Below are positions 41,758-52,809 of a DNA stretch of 64,000 nt, in pieces. Both the position numbers and the translations under genes were made by a program. Every line of letters starts with the position of its first letter. Positions within the stretch are counted from its first letter, which is position 1. Location: NCBI GenBank assembly GCA_025558095.1, contig JAIVFI010000023.1, positions 496,001 through 560,000 on the forward strand, given 5' to 3'. The notes beneath the pieces are model-generated. The model searched no databases and was not told the origin of the DNA. It was given only the letters and a program-made list of their open reading frames with translations. The DNA is from Hyaloraphidium curvatum SAG 235-1 (Eukaryota; Fungi; Monoblepharomycota).

Positions 41758-43671
41758 ATGCCGCTCGCAGCGCGCCCCTTGCTGGCCACTGGATTTCCCC
41801 GCATCCCTTCCATCCGCCGCACATCGACGCTGCAAATTGCCCGGCACGCCGTGGTCTTGCCCGAAAATGCCTCCCCGGACGAAGAGTTCGACGTTGTCGT
41901 CGTCGGCTCCGGTGCAGCCGGCAGCGCTGCCGCCCTCGCGGCCAAACACTCCTCGCCCGACGCGTCGGTGCTCGTCCTTGAAGCCCTTGCGAAGCCGGGC
42001 GGCACCACCGCCAAGTCGGGCGGCGTGGCATGGCTTCCGGACAACGCGCTCATGCGGGAAAAGATGCTCGCGGGCGGCCGCGAGGACAGGGCGGCCGCTC
42101 TCAGGCTCATGGCGCAGCTCGCCTTTCCGGACCGCTACCGAGCCGACGCCCCCGACCTCGGAATCGGCGCCCGCGCGCACGAGGGGCTCGAGGCTTTCTA
42201 CGACGCCGCCGGTTCGATGAGCACTGCCCTCGCGTCCGACGGTACCCTGCCGCACATGGACATCATGCCTGCACGGGATTATTCGGCGCACCTGCCCGAC
42301 AACCTGCAGCCCCTCGGGAGGTCGCTCATGCCCGGACGGCCGCCGCTGGAGCGCCGGATGGTGGAGGCCGTGTTCGCCGCCCTCAAGCTGCTCCGGGGGC
42401 CCGTGGAGGGCTGGCTCGGCCGCGCTGTGCCTGCGACCAAGATCATGAACTTCGCTTGGGCACCCGCGGCCCGGTTTGTCGCGGGAGGGACGGGGCAGGA
42501 CCTTATCAAGCAGCTCCACGCGGCCCTGCGCAGGAAGGGCGTCGAGGTGCGCACCTCCGCCCCCGCCGACGCGCTCTTGGTCGCACCAGGCACACCGGTC
42601 TCCACCCCACCGACCGTCGTGGGAGTGCGCACGGCAAACGGCTGCACAATCGCCGCCAGGGGTGGGGTGGTCCTCGCCACGGGCGGCTACGCTCACGATC
42701 GCGCCCTCCTCGACGCCCACGGCATCGCAGCCGACGCGACCTGCGCATCTCCCGGCTCCGTCGGCTCCGCGGTGCGCCTTGCATCTGCGGCGGGGGCGGA
42801 AATGGGGCTGATGGGCGAGGCGTGGTGGGCGCAGTCTATCCTCGAGCGCGCGCTGGAGCGGTCCAATGGGGAGCGCGGACCGGCCGGGATGGAGGCAACC
42901 GGGACGATCTTCTTCATGCGGGGGAGCAGCATGCTGCTCGCGGATGCGGAGGGGAAGAGGGTGGTGAACGAGAAGGCGCCCTACCACGACCGATCCCGTG
43001 TGCACGCGTCGGGGCCGGGCAGGAGGCTGCTGCTGCTCGTTGCGGATCGCGCGGCGGTGGACGAGGTCGGGAGCGATGGGCTGCTGACGCTGCCGCAGGA
43101 TCCGGCTGATCCGGTCTACCTGCATGGGCAAACCGTTGGCGAGATCGCTTCCGCCGCCGACGCCCGCCTGGCCGAGCTGGCGGCGAGGTACCCTGCTTCC
43201 CCCGCAGCCACCTTCAGCTTCTCGCCCGACTTCGCGACCAACCTCGCGGCTACCGTTGAGCGATTCAACGCCATGGCCGCCGCTGGCCGCGACGCCGACT
43301 TTGCCCGTGGCGAAACCCCCGCGGAACAAGACTGGGAAGGGGTCGCCGTCGACACCGCCCGCGGGATCAACCCCACCATGCACCCCCTCGTCCCGCCCTA
43401 CGTCGCGCTGTTCGTTTGCCCCGCGATCCTCGACACCAAGGGCGGCCCTGCGACGGACGCCTCGGGGAGGGTGATCCACGCGGCTTCCGGGGAGCCAGTT
43501 GTGGGGCTGTATGCCGCTGGGAACGCGGCGGCATCGAGGGCGGGGGAGGCGTATTGGCAGGCTGGGACGACGATCGGGCTGGCCATGGTGACGGGCTGGA
43601 TAGCAGGAGGACACGCGGCGGGGCTGGCTGCGGGGGCGCGGGAGAGGGGGCCAACCGGGGAAAGGAGGTAA
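41758..43671 (+). CDS. FAD-binding dehydrogenase, 3-ketosteroid dehydrogenase (KstD)-like, intronless
   Basis: FDVVVVGSGAAG, GGTTAKSGGVAWLP, GVVLATGGY, LDTKGGP, GLYAAGN, YWQAGTTIG. Confidence 0.85.
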   Translation: MPLAARPLLATGFPRIPSIRRTSTLQIARHAVVLPENASPDEEFDVVVVGSGAAGSAAALAAKHSSPDASVLVLEALAKPGGTTAKSGGVAWLPDNALMREKMLAGGREDRAAALRLMAQLAFPDRYRADAPDLGIGARAHEGLEAFYDAAGSMSTALASDGTLPHMDIMPARDYSAHLPDNLQPLGRSLMPGRPPLERRMVEAVFAALKLLRGPVEGWLGRAVPATKIMNFAWAPAARFVAGGTGQDLIKQLHAALRRKGVEVRTSAPADALLVAPGTPVSTPPTVVGVRTANGCTIAARGGVVLATGGYAHDRALLDAHGIAADATCASPGSVGSAVRLASAAGAEMGLMGEAWWAQSILERALERSNGERGPAGMEATGTIFFMRGSSMLLADAEGKRVVNEKAPYHDRSRVHASGPGRRLLLLVADRAAVDEVGSDGLLTLPQDPADPVYLHGQTVGEIASAADARLAELAARYPASPAATFSFSPDFATNLAATVERFNAMAAAGRDADFARGETPAEQDWEGVAVDTARGINPTMHPLVPPYVALFVCPAILDTKGGPATDASGRVIHAASGEPVVGLYAAGNAAASRAGEAYWQAGTTIGLAMVTGWIAGGHAAGLAAGARERGPTGERR

Positions 43672-43893
43672 ACAGTCTGATGCGTAGACCAATACAAGCT
43701 GTGCGTTTCCCTTCAGGGATTCGTGAATCAATATCCTTACGCGACAGGCTTGTTGGGTGCCCGGCGCAGGCTCGGATCGCGGCCGCGTGCGGGGCCCGTC
43801 TCTTGTCCGCAGGACCCCGCCCGCAACTCCCCCTCTAAAACTGCGCCCCTCGAGCGTCCTCCCCTGTATTGCTCCACTGATTTCGATTTCCTC

Positions 43894-44892
43894 ATGGCCG
43901 CGCCTGCAGACGACGCGCCCGCGCTCGTCGGCGGCGTCCACCCCGAGCTTACCTCCGCCGCCAATATCGCGTGGACCTTCGAGTGGCTCCTGTGGCCGAT
44001 GACGCTGTGGATGCAGCGCCGCTTCATGGGTGCCATGGAGAGCGCCCTCGCAGGCTCCATTGCGCGCTCGGAGCCCGCGGTCGAGCTCTCGGAGGTCGAG
44101 ATTGCAGGCCCCGCCGGGCCGCTGAAGGTGCTCGTCGCGCGGCCGGCCGGTGCCTCGGGCCCGCTCGTTCCGGCAATGTGGATCCACGGCGGAGGCTTGG
44201 TGCTCGGCACAACGAACCAGGCCGCGATGCGCTTGATTTCCCTCGCCAAGACCTATGGCTGCTTGGTAGCTTCGCCGGACTACCGCTTGGCGCCGGAACA
44301 CAAGGCCCCAGCCGCACACGACGACTGCTGGGCGACGTTTCGCTGGCTCGCCGAAGGCGCCGGCGGCCTTTGCAAACCCGGTCGTGTCGCACTGGTCGGG
44401 GGCGAAAGCGCCGGCGGGGGCCTCGCCACGTCGGTGACCCTCCACGCAAAGGACGCCGGCATCCCCCTCGGCGCCCAGATACTCGTTTACCCCATGCTCG
44501 ACGACCGCACGTCGCTCCCGGGCGGGAAGGATCCGGAGGGGTGCCGCCTGGTTTTCAACTCCCACGCCCGCTTCGGTTGGACCGCTTACCTCGGCGAAGC
44601 GGCGGGCAAAGCGGACGGCGTGGATGCCTACGCTGTCCCCGCGAGACGGACCGACTTCTCCGGCCTGCCGCCGACATGGATCGGGGTTGGCACTGCCGAT
44701 TTCTTCTGCGAGGAGAGCGTGGCGTACGCCCGCAAGCTCGAGGCCGTGGACGTGCACGTCGAGCTGAGGGTCGTGTCCGGCGCGTTCCACGGCTTCGACG
44801 GCCTGGCACAGGAGGCCGCGGTGTCCAAGGAGTTTACTGCCAGTCTCACGGGAAGTACGCCTTTCCGAAGGCATAGGAGGAGGTCGACTTGA
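43894..44892 (+). CDS. HSL-family esterase/lipase (alpha/beta hydrolase); a last intron near 44855 is possible
   Basis: WIHGGG, DYRLAPEH, GESAGGGL, YPMLDDR, GAFHGFD. Confidence 0.92.
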   Translation: MAAPADDAPALVGGVHPELTSAANIAWTFEWLLWPMTLWMQRRFMGAMESALAGSIARSEPAVELSEVEIAGPAGPLKVLVARPAGASGPLVPAMWIHGGGLVLGTTNQAAMRLISLAKTYGCLVASPDYRLAPEHKAPAAHDDCWATFRWLAEGAGGLCKPGRVALVGGESAGGGLATSVTLHAKDAGIPLGAQILVYPMLDDRTSLPGGKDPEGCRLVFNSHARFGWTAYLGEAAGKADGVDAYAVPARRTDFSGLPPTWIGVGTADFFCEESVAYARKLEAVDVHVELRVVSGAFHGFDGLAQEAAVSKEFTASLTGSTPFRRHRRRST

Positions 44893-45129
44893 ATTGTCGG
44901 GGTACCGCCATGCTTTCGGGCTTTGCGGAGACTCCGCGTCGATTCAGGCCCAAACGTATGTGGAGACATATTTAACATCTTTGCTTTGTAAGGAGACATT
45001 CCAGCTATGTCTTGCAGCCTGAGCTTCTTTGGGCAGTTGGTTTGGGGTCCCTCATCGGCGGCGTCAAGCTGCACCGCCACCACCTCCAAATTCCGTTTGT
45101 GAATCACACCGAACACGCACCTTCGAAAA

Positions 45130-45820
45130 ATGTCAGCTGAGTCCGTTACTGCTCCTGCTCCGACCGTCGGTGCCGCGGAAGCACCGGGCGCCGGCAAGCC
45201 GCGGACCATCGTGCTCGCCCTCGACGGCAGCGCACACTCTACGTGAGCAGGGATCCCGCCCGCTCCGCGCCGGAAACAGCCTGACGTCCGCTCCCCGCCT
45301 CCGAAAACATCGTCACCGTGCTTCTGCGTGTGCCCTCTGCGCGGCAGCTACGCCCTGCACTGGGTCCTCGAGAACCTCCTCCGCCCCGGAGACAGGCTCG
45401 TCCTCTTCAGCGCCTACGAGGCCGTCTTCCGCGGCCACCGCGGCTCCGACGGCGGCTTCGCCGACGACCTCGAGCGCGAGCACAAGGCCGAGGCGATGAA
45501 GATGCTCGAGGGGATCAAGGCCGAGCTGCACGCCCAGGGGATCGAGGCCGCGGTCGTCGCGCACATGGGCGACCCGCGCGAGGCCATCCTCAGGACGTGC
45601 GAGGAGGCGAAAGCCGACCATCTCGTTGTGGGATCCAAGGGGAAGGGGGCAATCAAGAGGTGCGTCGTTCCGCTGCCGCTGCCCGCGATTCGCTCCTCTG
45701 ATCCTCCCCGCCAGGGCCCTGATGGGGAGCGTCTCGACGTTCGTGGTCACCCACGCGCACTGCGCGGTCACGGTCGTGCGCACTCCCGAGGGCTGGAATC
45801 CCCCTGTCAAGGCACATTAG
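45130..45820 (+). CDS. Universal stress protein (USP), 2 introns
   Basis: IVLALDGSAHS|YALHWV, GDPREAI, LVVGSKGKGAIKR|ALMGSVSTFVVTHAHCAVTVV. Confidence 0.93.
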
Positions 45821-45901
45821 TGGAATCGACCAAAGGTCTCGGGCGGAAGCTAATATCTTTGTCTCTAATGATCCAGCAAATCGAAAACACTTGCTGCCAA
45901 T

Positions 45902-47308
45902 TTAAAGCCACGCTCCAGGTTTGCACGGCGGCGGCCTGCTGCACGGTGTGCCGAAGTCCTTGGGCAGCTTGTGCGCCGGTCCGTCCTTCTCCGCCACGCA
46001 CGCCACCTTGTGCTTGGCCCAGTCCTTGGTTTGGCACTCCTTGCTGCAGTACCGCGCCACCATGCACCAGGAGCAGCGCAGGAACTTGACCTTCGTGAAG
46101 GGCGAACCCGGTTTCTTCACGGCCACAGCACTGCATCTGTTGTCGCACAAGTCGAAGTAGTCAAACATGTCCAATTCGTTAGCCGAGACGTCCGCAAACT
46201 CGGCGTCGCCCTCCTGCGAGCCAAAAGCTTCCGGTTCCAGGCCAGCGAGGTCGAGCAGATAGCGCGCCGACTGATCCCTGTAGTTGCACAGCTTGTCCCG
46301 CGAGCGCAGCGCCAACACGGCGGAGGGCGGACGGTCGTTTCGCAGCTTGGCGGCCGAGCGGAGCTCCCGGACGTAGTCCTCGAAAGGCACCGCGAGACCC
46401 TGGCTCTGCTGCACCTTGAGGTGCTCCACCCAGTGCTTCGGCCTTGGGCGGATGACGTCGTCCAGGATCTTTGCAACCCTCGTGAAAGTGCTCAGAGCCT
46501 GCAAAACTTCCTCCGGCATCCGATTGGAGAGATCCTCCTGGGAGCGAACTCGCATCCAGTCAGGCGAGAGGGCAGCGAACAGTGCGATGGCATCAAGCAG
46601 CTCGGGATCCTCCGAGAGGCGGCGCCGCACGCCTCCGCTCATGGTCATCAATGCCAGTATTGCCACGGCGTCCGCGGCGGTCATCCCGAACAAGGCCCCG
46701 TAGACTTCGGTCGCCCACCGTCGCGAGTGTGCATCCGGATGGTCGACGCCGGGGAGCACCGCGCCCTACGCCTCCCTCCTTCCCCGGTCCACAAACACCA
46801 TGATGACCCTGCGCAAGACCGGGCCGGCATCCCGGAACAGGTTGTGGACGACAATGTTCTGTATCTCCTCGGGCACATCGACCTTCTCCTCGGCGGGTGC
46901 CTGAGTCCCGGGCGGCAGGAACCGCTTGAGCAGCCCCCAGTTCCCCCAGTCTTTCCCGTGCAGCACGACGTGGAGGGCCGCGAGCACGTCGCCGAGACAT
47001 CTCTTGGTGACGTGCACATCGTGCTGCGGGACGGCCTCGTAAGGGTGCAGGTGGCCTCCGGATGTGCCGTGCCGCGCCATGACGGCTCCCCCCGGCGCCA
47101 GTGCGGCCGGCGGCGTGCGGGTTCCGTCCAGGAACGCGTAGTATGCCGGCGCGAACTTGCGGCAGGCGTGCGCCGCCAGCGAGTTGGCGAACTTGCCGGC
47201 ATCGAAGGTCCTCCAGAAGTCCGGGCGGCCTTCGTATCCCGGCCCGTACCTCCGCGGCTGCGATTCGGGGCCACTGGATCCCGATGAGCCCGCGACTTGG
47301 CCAGACAT
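45902..47308 (-). pseudogene. MYND zinc-finger protein interrupted by an in-frame TAG at 46766-46768
   Basis: ORFs 46766-47308 and 45902-46759 share one frame. C-terminal RCSWCMVARYCSKECQTKDWAKHKVAC. Confidence 0.7.
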
Positions 47309-47608
47309 TGCCCCTGGCGAGCGATCCCAAGCCGGAGCCGTGCTTGTTGTTTACCGAAGCGCGTCGAGCGGCCAATGAACCCGCCGCCGCTGCAGGCGCG
47401 CCCAGTTGCAAAGGACGTTGGAATCTGCCTCGGAAAAGGTGCTTTCTTGGCACCTGGAGGTTCTGTTTCGCCAGGAGCTGGCGGGTCGCGGGTCGGGCTT
47501 TGATGGACCTGTTCGAGGACCGACACGTCACCATCCGACTCCCCATCGACTCCCCACTCCACCAACTTCCACCGCTCCGCGCCCCTGCTTCCTTCCCTTC
47601 CCATCAAA

Positions 47609-48143
47609 ATGGCCCTGCAGGCGGAACACTACGCCAAGGCCGGCTCCTCCTCCTTCCCCGCCAAGATCTCCGACGTCCCGCACGCCGCGGCACTCGCCGA
47701 GATCCGCATCCTCAACGCCTGCATCGCCGCGTGCACCGCCTGCGCCGATAGGGCCGTCGAGGTGCCCTTTTCTTGTCCTCGCGGTTTTCCGCGCCGGGGG
47801 GAGGGACGAGCTGACCCACCCTCGAACGGCAATGCAGGAAGGAATGAACTGCTGGCGCGACTGCCGCCGCTGCACCGCCGCGTGCCGCGCCATGGCCGAG
47901 TTCGTCAGTCTCAACGCGCCGCAGCAGGTCGCGATGGCCAGGATCGTCGCCGAGTGCTGCGAGGCGTGCGCCGAGGTTTGCGGGGAGGTGGGTGGCTTCT
48001 CCCCCTCCCGGCCCCGGGAACGGTGCTGATGGACCGCCGGACGCCTGGAAAAGCACGCCAAGCACGGGTCGGAGCACTGCAGGGATTGCGCCGAGGCGTG
48101 CAGGAAGTGCGTGGAGGTGTTTGGAGGCAGGAGCATGGTCTGA
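47609..48143 (+). CDS. Four-helix-bundle copper-binding protein (Csp/DUF326-like), copy 1; 130 aa, 15 Cys
   Basis: Exons 47609-47761, 47838-47987, 48054-48143. Motifs CIAACTAC, CWRDCRRCTAAC, CCEACAEVC, HCRDCAEACRKC. Confidence 0.85.
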
Positions 48144-48315
48144 AGCGGGGTCGCGGACTGGAGAAGATGGAGGCGTCTTTGGATTCCAGGGGCCAGGAGA
48201 CGATCGGGGCGGTTGGACAATTGCAATAGCTTGTCGATCAATGCATTTCAATCTGATTCTTCAAAAGAAAAGGCCTGCCCACGGACCCACCGAAAACTAC
48301 CTCATCGTCGTGTGT

Positions 48316-49137
48316 TCATCTCTTTTTGGAGCCGCATACGGCCTTGTGGCGCTTCCAGTCGTTCCTCTGGCACGCCGCGTCGCAGTACCTTGCGCTGGGC
48401 TTGCATGTGCCCGCGCATTTCAGCAGCGCCAGGTCCTTTTTGCCGCACGCGTCGCACGTTTCGCGCTCCACGGGCTTCGGGGCGCCCGACCCGTCGGCAG
48501 CCGTCGGGTAGATCGTCGCGTACTTGCTCTCCCCCGGGCGCTCGACGGTTATCGGCTTCCCGGGCGGTGGTTGCTCCTCCCTGAACACGACCGCAACCCC
48601 CATGTCGGCCATGCTCCCGAGGTTGTCCCGCGCCAGCGCCAGGTACTCCGCCGCATGGCTCCCCAGCGCGACTCCCGTCTCGGCGGCCACAGTCCCGAAC
48701 CGCACGGCTTCCCTGTATTGCGCGGCCGCGTCGTCCCTCTTTTGCGCCACGTAGTACGCCCGGGCCAGGGTGCAGGCGGCGAGGATCCCCGCCTCGGGGT
48801 CCGAAGTCCTCCTCGCCGCCCGCAGCGCGGCCTTGACGGCGTCGTGCGCTGCAGGCGCGGTCCCAAGCGTGATCTCCTCGTGCGAGAAGGCGCTCCCGAG
48901 CGCGTGCAGCGAGTCGAGGTACATCGCCCGCATGGTCAGCGAGCCGTGGGACGACCCGAGGCCGGCGTCGGCGATGGTCATCTCCGACTGCGTGAGGCCC
49001 TTGGCGACGAAGGCGTCGACGGCCTTGGCGTACGCCTCGGCCGCGCCGCGCGGGTCGCGGTCCAGGATGTAATTCTGCCCGGCGAGCGAGAAGTGCCGCA
49101 GCGCGTCGCGCGCGGCCTGCTTCTGCGCGGCCGTCAT
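48316..49137 (-). CDS. Helical (TPR-like) protein with C-terminal MYND finger, intronless
   Basis: CDACGK...LLKCAGTCK...RYCDAACQRNDWKRHKAVC. Confidence 0.85.
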   Translation of the reverse strand: MTAAQKQAARDALRHFSLAGQNYILDRDPRGAAEAYAKAVDAFVAKGLTQSEMTIADAGLGSSHGSLTMRAMYLDSLHALGSAFSHEEITLGTAPAAHDAVKAALRAARRTSDPEAGILAACTLARAYYVAQKRDDAAAQYREAVRFGTVAAETGVALGSHAAEYLALARDNLGSMADMGVAVVFREEQPPPGKPITVERPGESKYATIYPTAADGSGAPKPVERETCDACGKKDLALLKCAGTCKPSARYCDAACQRNDWKRHKAVCGSKKR

Positions 49138-49288
49138 GAGCGCGGCGGCAAAGGCAAGGGCGGGAACGAGGCGTGGCCTGAAACCGGGGTTGGTTGCGAG
49201 TTTGCGGTTGGGGCGGAGTTGGCGAGTCGCGACCGCGTTTCGCGTTCACCAGTTCCCGGGAAAGGTCACTTCTCGCCGCGGCAGAACG

Positions 49289-49981
49289 ATGGCCAAATCG
49301 AAACGCGCGAAGGCCGCACCCTCGCGGCGCGTCGGCCAGCCGCGGGCCCCGAAAGACGGGGATGCGACGCTCGTCCCGCTCCCCCCGGAGCTGCTCCTCG
49401 CGGTCATGGAGATCCTGGAAGGCCAGGGACACAAGCGCACTTTGCTGGAGTTCCTTTGGGCGTTCAAGGATATGCTCGCGCTCGGGATGGGCCTGCTTGT
49501 CCGGAGCCTCCACCTGCTTGTCGCGACGCTGAGCGAGCTCGACCCCGACCGCCTCCTCGACAAGTTCCGCGGCCTCCTTTCCGTCGAGCTGACACCTTGG
49601 AAGCTTTCGCGCGTCGAGAAGCTCTCCGTGGCGATCTGGGAGCTGGACCCTTTCCACGCGGAGCTCCTGCGGGAGATTGCGCCGCCGCTGAAGGTCCTCG
49701 AGATCCGGGCGACGAGCCGTCCCGGGGTCGAGCGCTTCCTGGATTCCATAGGCACTGCGCCTGGCCGAAGCCTGGCAAGACGAAGAGGAATTCTGAATGG
49801 AGACCGAGGGCGTCGGCATGGTCCCGTTTGGACGGTGGGACATCTCTTTGGACGAGCTGCGGGAGGAGAAGGAGGAGAACGAGGGGGGGTGAGGGGGGAA
49901 GAAGGGGGGAGGGGAGAGGAGGGATCCGCAGATGTAGGGGCTGCGGAGTCCCATTCCTTTTCTGTCAATGTTGAGTTTTGA
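49289..49981 (+). pseudogene. F-box-like protein, apparently truncated or internally deleted
   Basis: LVPLPPELLLAVMEIL at the N-terminus. Coding-like sequence after ~49770 moves to another frame that contains a TGA. Confidence 0.5.
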
Positions 49982-50093
49982 GGCGATCTGAGGTTGCTGC
50001 AGGTCCTCGAACGGGCAGGGCGGGTCCGCGAGATTGCGTGCATGACGCTTCCTCCCAGGCCGCCACCCGCTGTCACCCAACAAACAGAGCGCA

Positions 50094-52140
50094 ATGGGGG
50101 ACGCCGCGGAGGCGCCCAAGCTGGCCACGCTGCCGCACGATGCGCTGTTCCTGATCTCCGCGTTCCTGCCGCCGCCGGACCTGCTCGTGCTGGGCGCGGC
50201 GGGCCGCGTGCTGCGGCAGCGGGTCGGCGCCGACGCGCAGCTGTGGCGGTCGGCGCTGCGGCGGCACTTCCAGCTCGACGCCGCGTTCCGCTCCCTCGAT
50301 TCACTGCTGCCGGGCGGCGAGACGCGGCGGCCATTTTCCGCGACGGCGGGCGACAACTGGTTCCGCTGCCTGTATCTGAAGGTGCTCGCCCGCGCAGGCC
50401 GCTGCCTCGGCTGGTGGATCAGCGACCGCCCGTTCCTCGGCGAGCTGCTGCGCGTGTCGCTGCTGGTGGGCCCCGGCGAGGGCGGCGAGCCGAGCGTGCG
50501 CATCGCCTACAGGCGGGCGCTGGTCGAGAACCTCGCCGCTCCCACCTTCGTCACCTGCGGATCGGTCGTCGTGGGCGCAGACGGCCTGCCGCTGTTTTCC
50601 ACTGGGGGCACGTCAAACCAGGCGCCCATCGGCGTGGCCGGCACATGGACCGCGCTGGTGCCCGTGACCGTCAACGTGCTCAAGGAGCGGCTGTCGTACG
50701 CCGAGATCTTTTCGCTCGTCGTGCCCGACGGCCTGCTGCCAAGGTGGAAAACCGATCCTGCGGTTGCTGATCGTGAGCACGAGACGGCGACATCGGCTGC
50801 GGACGGCAAGGGCAAGACCGTCGTCCGCGCCTCCCCGCCAGACGACGACCCAGCCCTCAAGCCCTTCATGATCTGCCGCGGCACCGCGGCCGCCCGCATG
50901 GCCCGCGCTCCCTCCGTCGCCGACGACGGCGGCGACGACCTCGCCGGGCGCCTCAAGGCCCTGTCGCTGGCCTCGGCAGGCCTGCTCGACCGCGACGAGG
51001 TGCTCCTCAGCCACGGGCCGGACCACCTCGCCGAGCTGCGGTGGTACAAGGAGCTGCACGACAGCGGACGGCCCGGAAGCGGGCGCCTCCCCGGTGCGCG
51101 AGACCGCTCCTTCTGCCCGCACATCTTCTAACCTCGGCGTCGGCCTTCCAGCGACCGACCTCTACAACCCCTCCTTCATCCTGTCCCCCTCCCATTTCGC
51201 CGTGGACTGCCCCCGTTCGTGCCACTCGTACATATCCCACCACCAGGCCTCCGCCGCGGCCGTGCACGGGGTCCGCCCCGGCGACGTCGGCCTCATGTTC
51301 GACCCCTCCTCGCTCCCCATGCACCGGCAGCAGCAGCACCAAGGAGGGGAAGGCGAACTGCTGGAAGACCTGGAGTACGACAGCGGGGAGGAGGAAGGCG
51401 GGGCCGGCGGGGAGAGCCGGGCGGCGCAGCAGGCGGCGGGGCAGCACGTGCCCCATGCGCCGCTGAGCACCGCGAGGGGGCCGGTGTTCCCGGCGAGGTA
51501 CTTCCGGCTGAGGGTGGAGAGGCCGATGTGGCACGGGGCAGGGGAGATGCCGGCACCGGGGGAGATGGGGTGGGAGCCGGAGCTGCTGCAGGGCCTCTGG
51601 GTATCCACCTACAGGTTCTTTTGCCCGCGCTGCCGTTCTTTCCCCGCTGACCGTTCCTCCCCTCGATTGCAGAACCCGCCCCCCCGCCTTCCTCTCCGTC
51701 GTCATCCACCGTTCCCCGTACCCCCACCCCCCGGAGCTCCGCGCCTACAAGCTCACCGGCAACCCCAACGTCCCCCGCGGCGCGCTCTCCTTCACCGCAT
51801 CCATGGACCCCCTGCCCCCGGGCGCCGGCAGCCCCGTGGCGGACGAGGACGAGGAGCTGCCGGACCAGGTGGTGTACCAGCACCTTCCGCCGCCGGGGGT
51901 GAGGGAGAGGGTGAGGATAAGGGGGGTGAGGGCGCGGTTCCCGGCGAGGAAGCAGTTCGCCACGCCCGCGGTACGTTGCCCTCGCAGCCGCGGGGCATGC
52001 GGTGCTGACGTTCGGTGCAGTACCGAAACAGCTACTTCAGCCCGTCGGAGCTGCTGGTCGTGGGCAACGACGAGTTCGTGGTGTTCAGCTACAAGCACGC
52101 GCACATCACTCGGTACAGGAAGATGCCCGCGGACCCTTGA
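50094..52140 (+). CDS. F-box protein, FBXO31/DUF3506-like, ~3 introns
   Basis: LATLPHDALFLISAFLPPPDL (F-box), LGWWISDRPFLGELL, LQGLWVSTY, AYKLTGNPNVPRG. Confidence 0.78.
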
Positions 52141-52280
52141 GACGGGGGCGGGCCTTTTCACTTTGCATTTGGAGTTGGATTGATAGATTCGTTGCTCGGC
52201 AAGATGCTGATGCTGCTAGGCCCGCCCGAACGTCGCATAGGCCACGGGCAATCCCAAGACGCCCCTCGTCTCCCACCGCC

Positions 52281-52809
52281 TCAGACCATGCTCCGGCCCC
52301 CGAAAACCTCCACGCACTTCCTGCACGCCTCGGCGCAATCCCTGCAGTGCTCCGACCCGTGCTTGGCGTGCTGTTTCGCCCGTTCGGTCCGTGAGCACCG
52401 TTCATCTCCGAGTGGAGAAAGCCACCCACCTCCTCGCACACCTCGGCGCACGACTCGCAGCACTCCGCCACGATCTTTGCCATCGCGACCTTCTGCGGGG
52501 CGTTGAGCGAGACGAACTCGGCCATGGCGCGGCACGCGGCGGCGCAGCGGCGGCAGTCGCGCCAACAGTTCATGCCCTCCTGCCGTGCGGGCGGGATCAG
52601 CCTCCGGCTTCCGGACACCATGCGGGAGGGAGAAGGCAGGGTACCTCGACGGCCCTGTCGGCGCACGCAATGCATGCCGCGACGCACTCCTGGAGGATCC
52701 TGATTTCGGCGAGCGCGGCGGCGTGCGGGACGTCGGATATCTTGGCGGGGAAGGCGGAGGCGGGGGCGGCGGCGGGCGCGTGGCCCGCGTGGCCCGCGTG
52801 CGAGGACAT
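52281..52809 (-). CDS. Four-helix-bundle copper-binding protein (Csp/DUF326-like), copy 2; ~134 aa, 15 Cys
   Basis: Same two intron positions and near-identical exons to 47609-48143; N-terminus MSSHAGHAGHA. Confidence 0.85.

Noticed and set aside
41698-44874. 1058 aa minus-strand ORF, and similar long ORFs at 7765-10254 + and 21268-23787 -
   Set aside because: Shadow frames of real genes; stops are rare at this GC content and the translations have no motifs.
13130-46768. TAG reassignment (in-frame TAGs at ~13135 and 46766)
   Set aside because: TAG ends intact genes at the expected place (SDR, USP, HAP2), and the 13135 TAG lies in a fragment.
47609-48143. Metallothionein or ferredoxin
   Set aside because: Cys residues follow helical spacing within Ala-rich helices, unlike metallothionein clusters or the CxxCxxCxxxCP motif.
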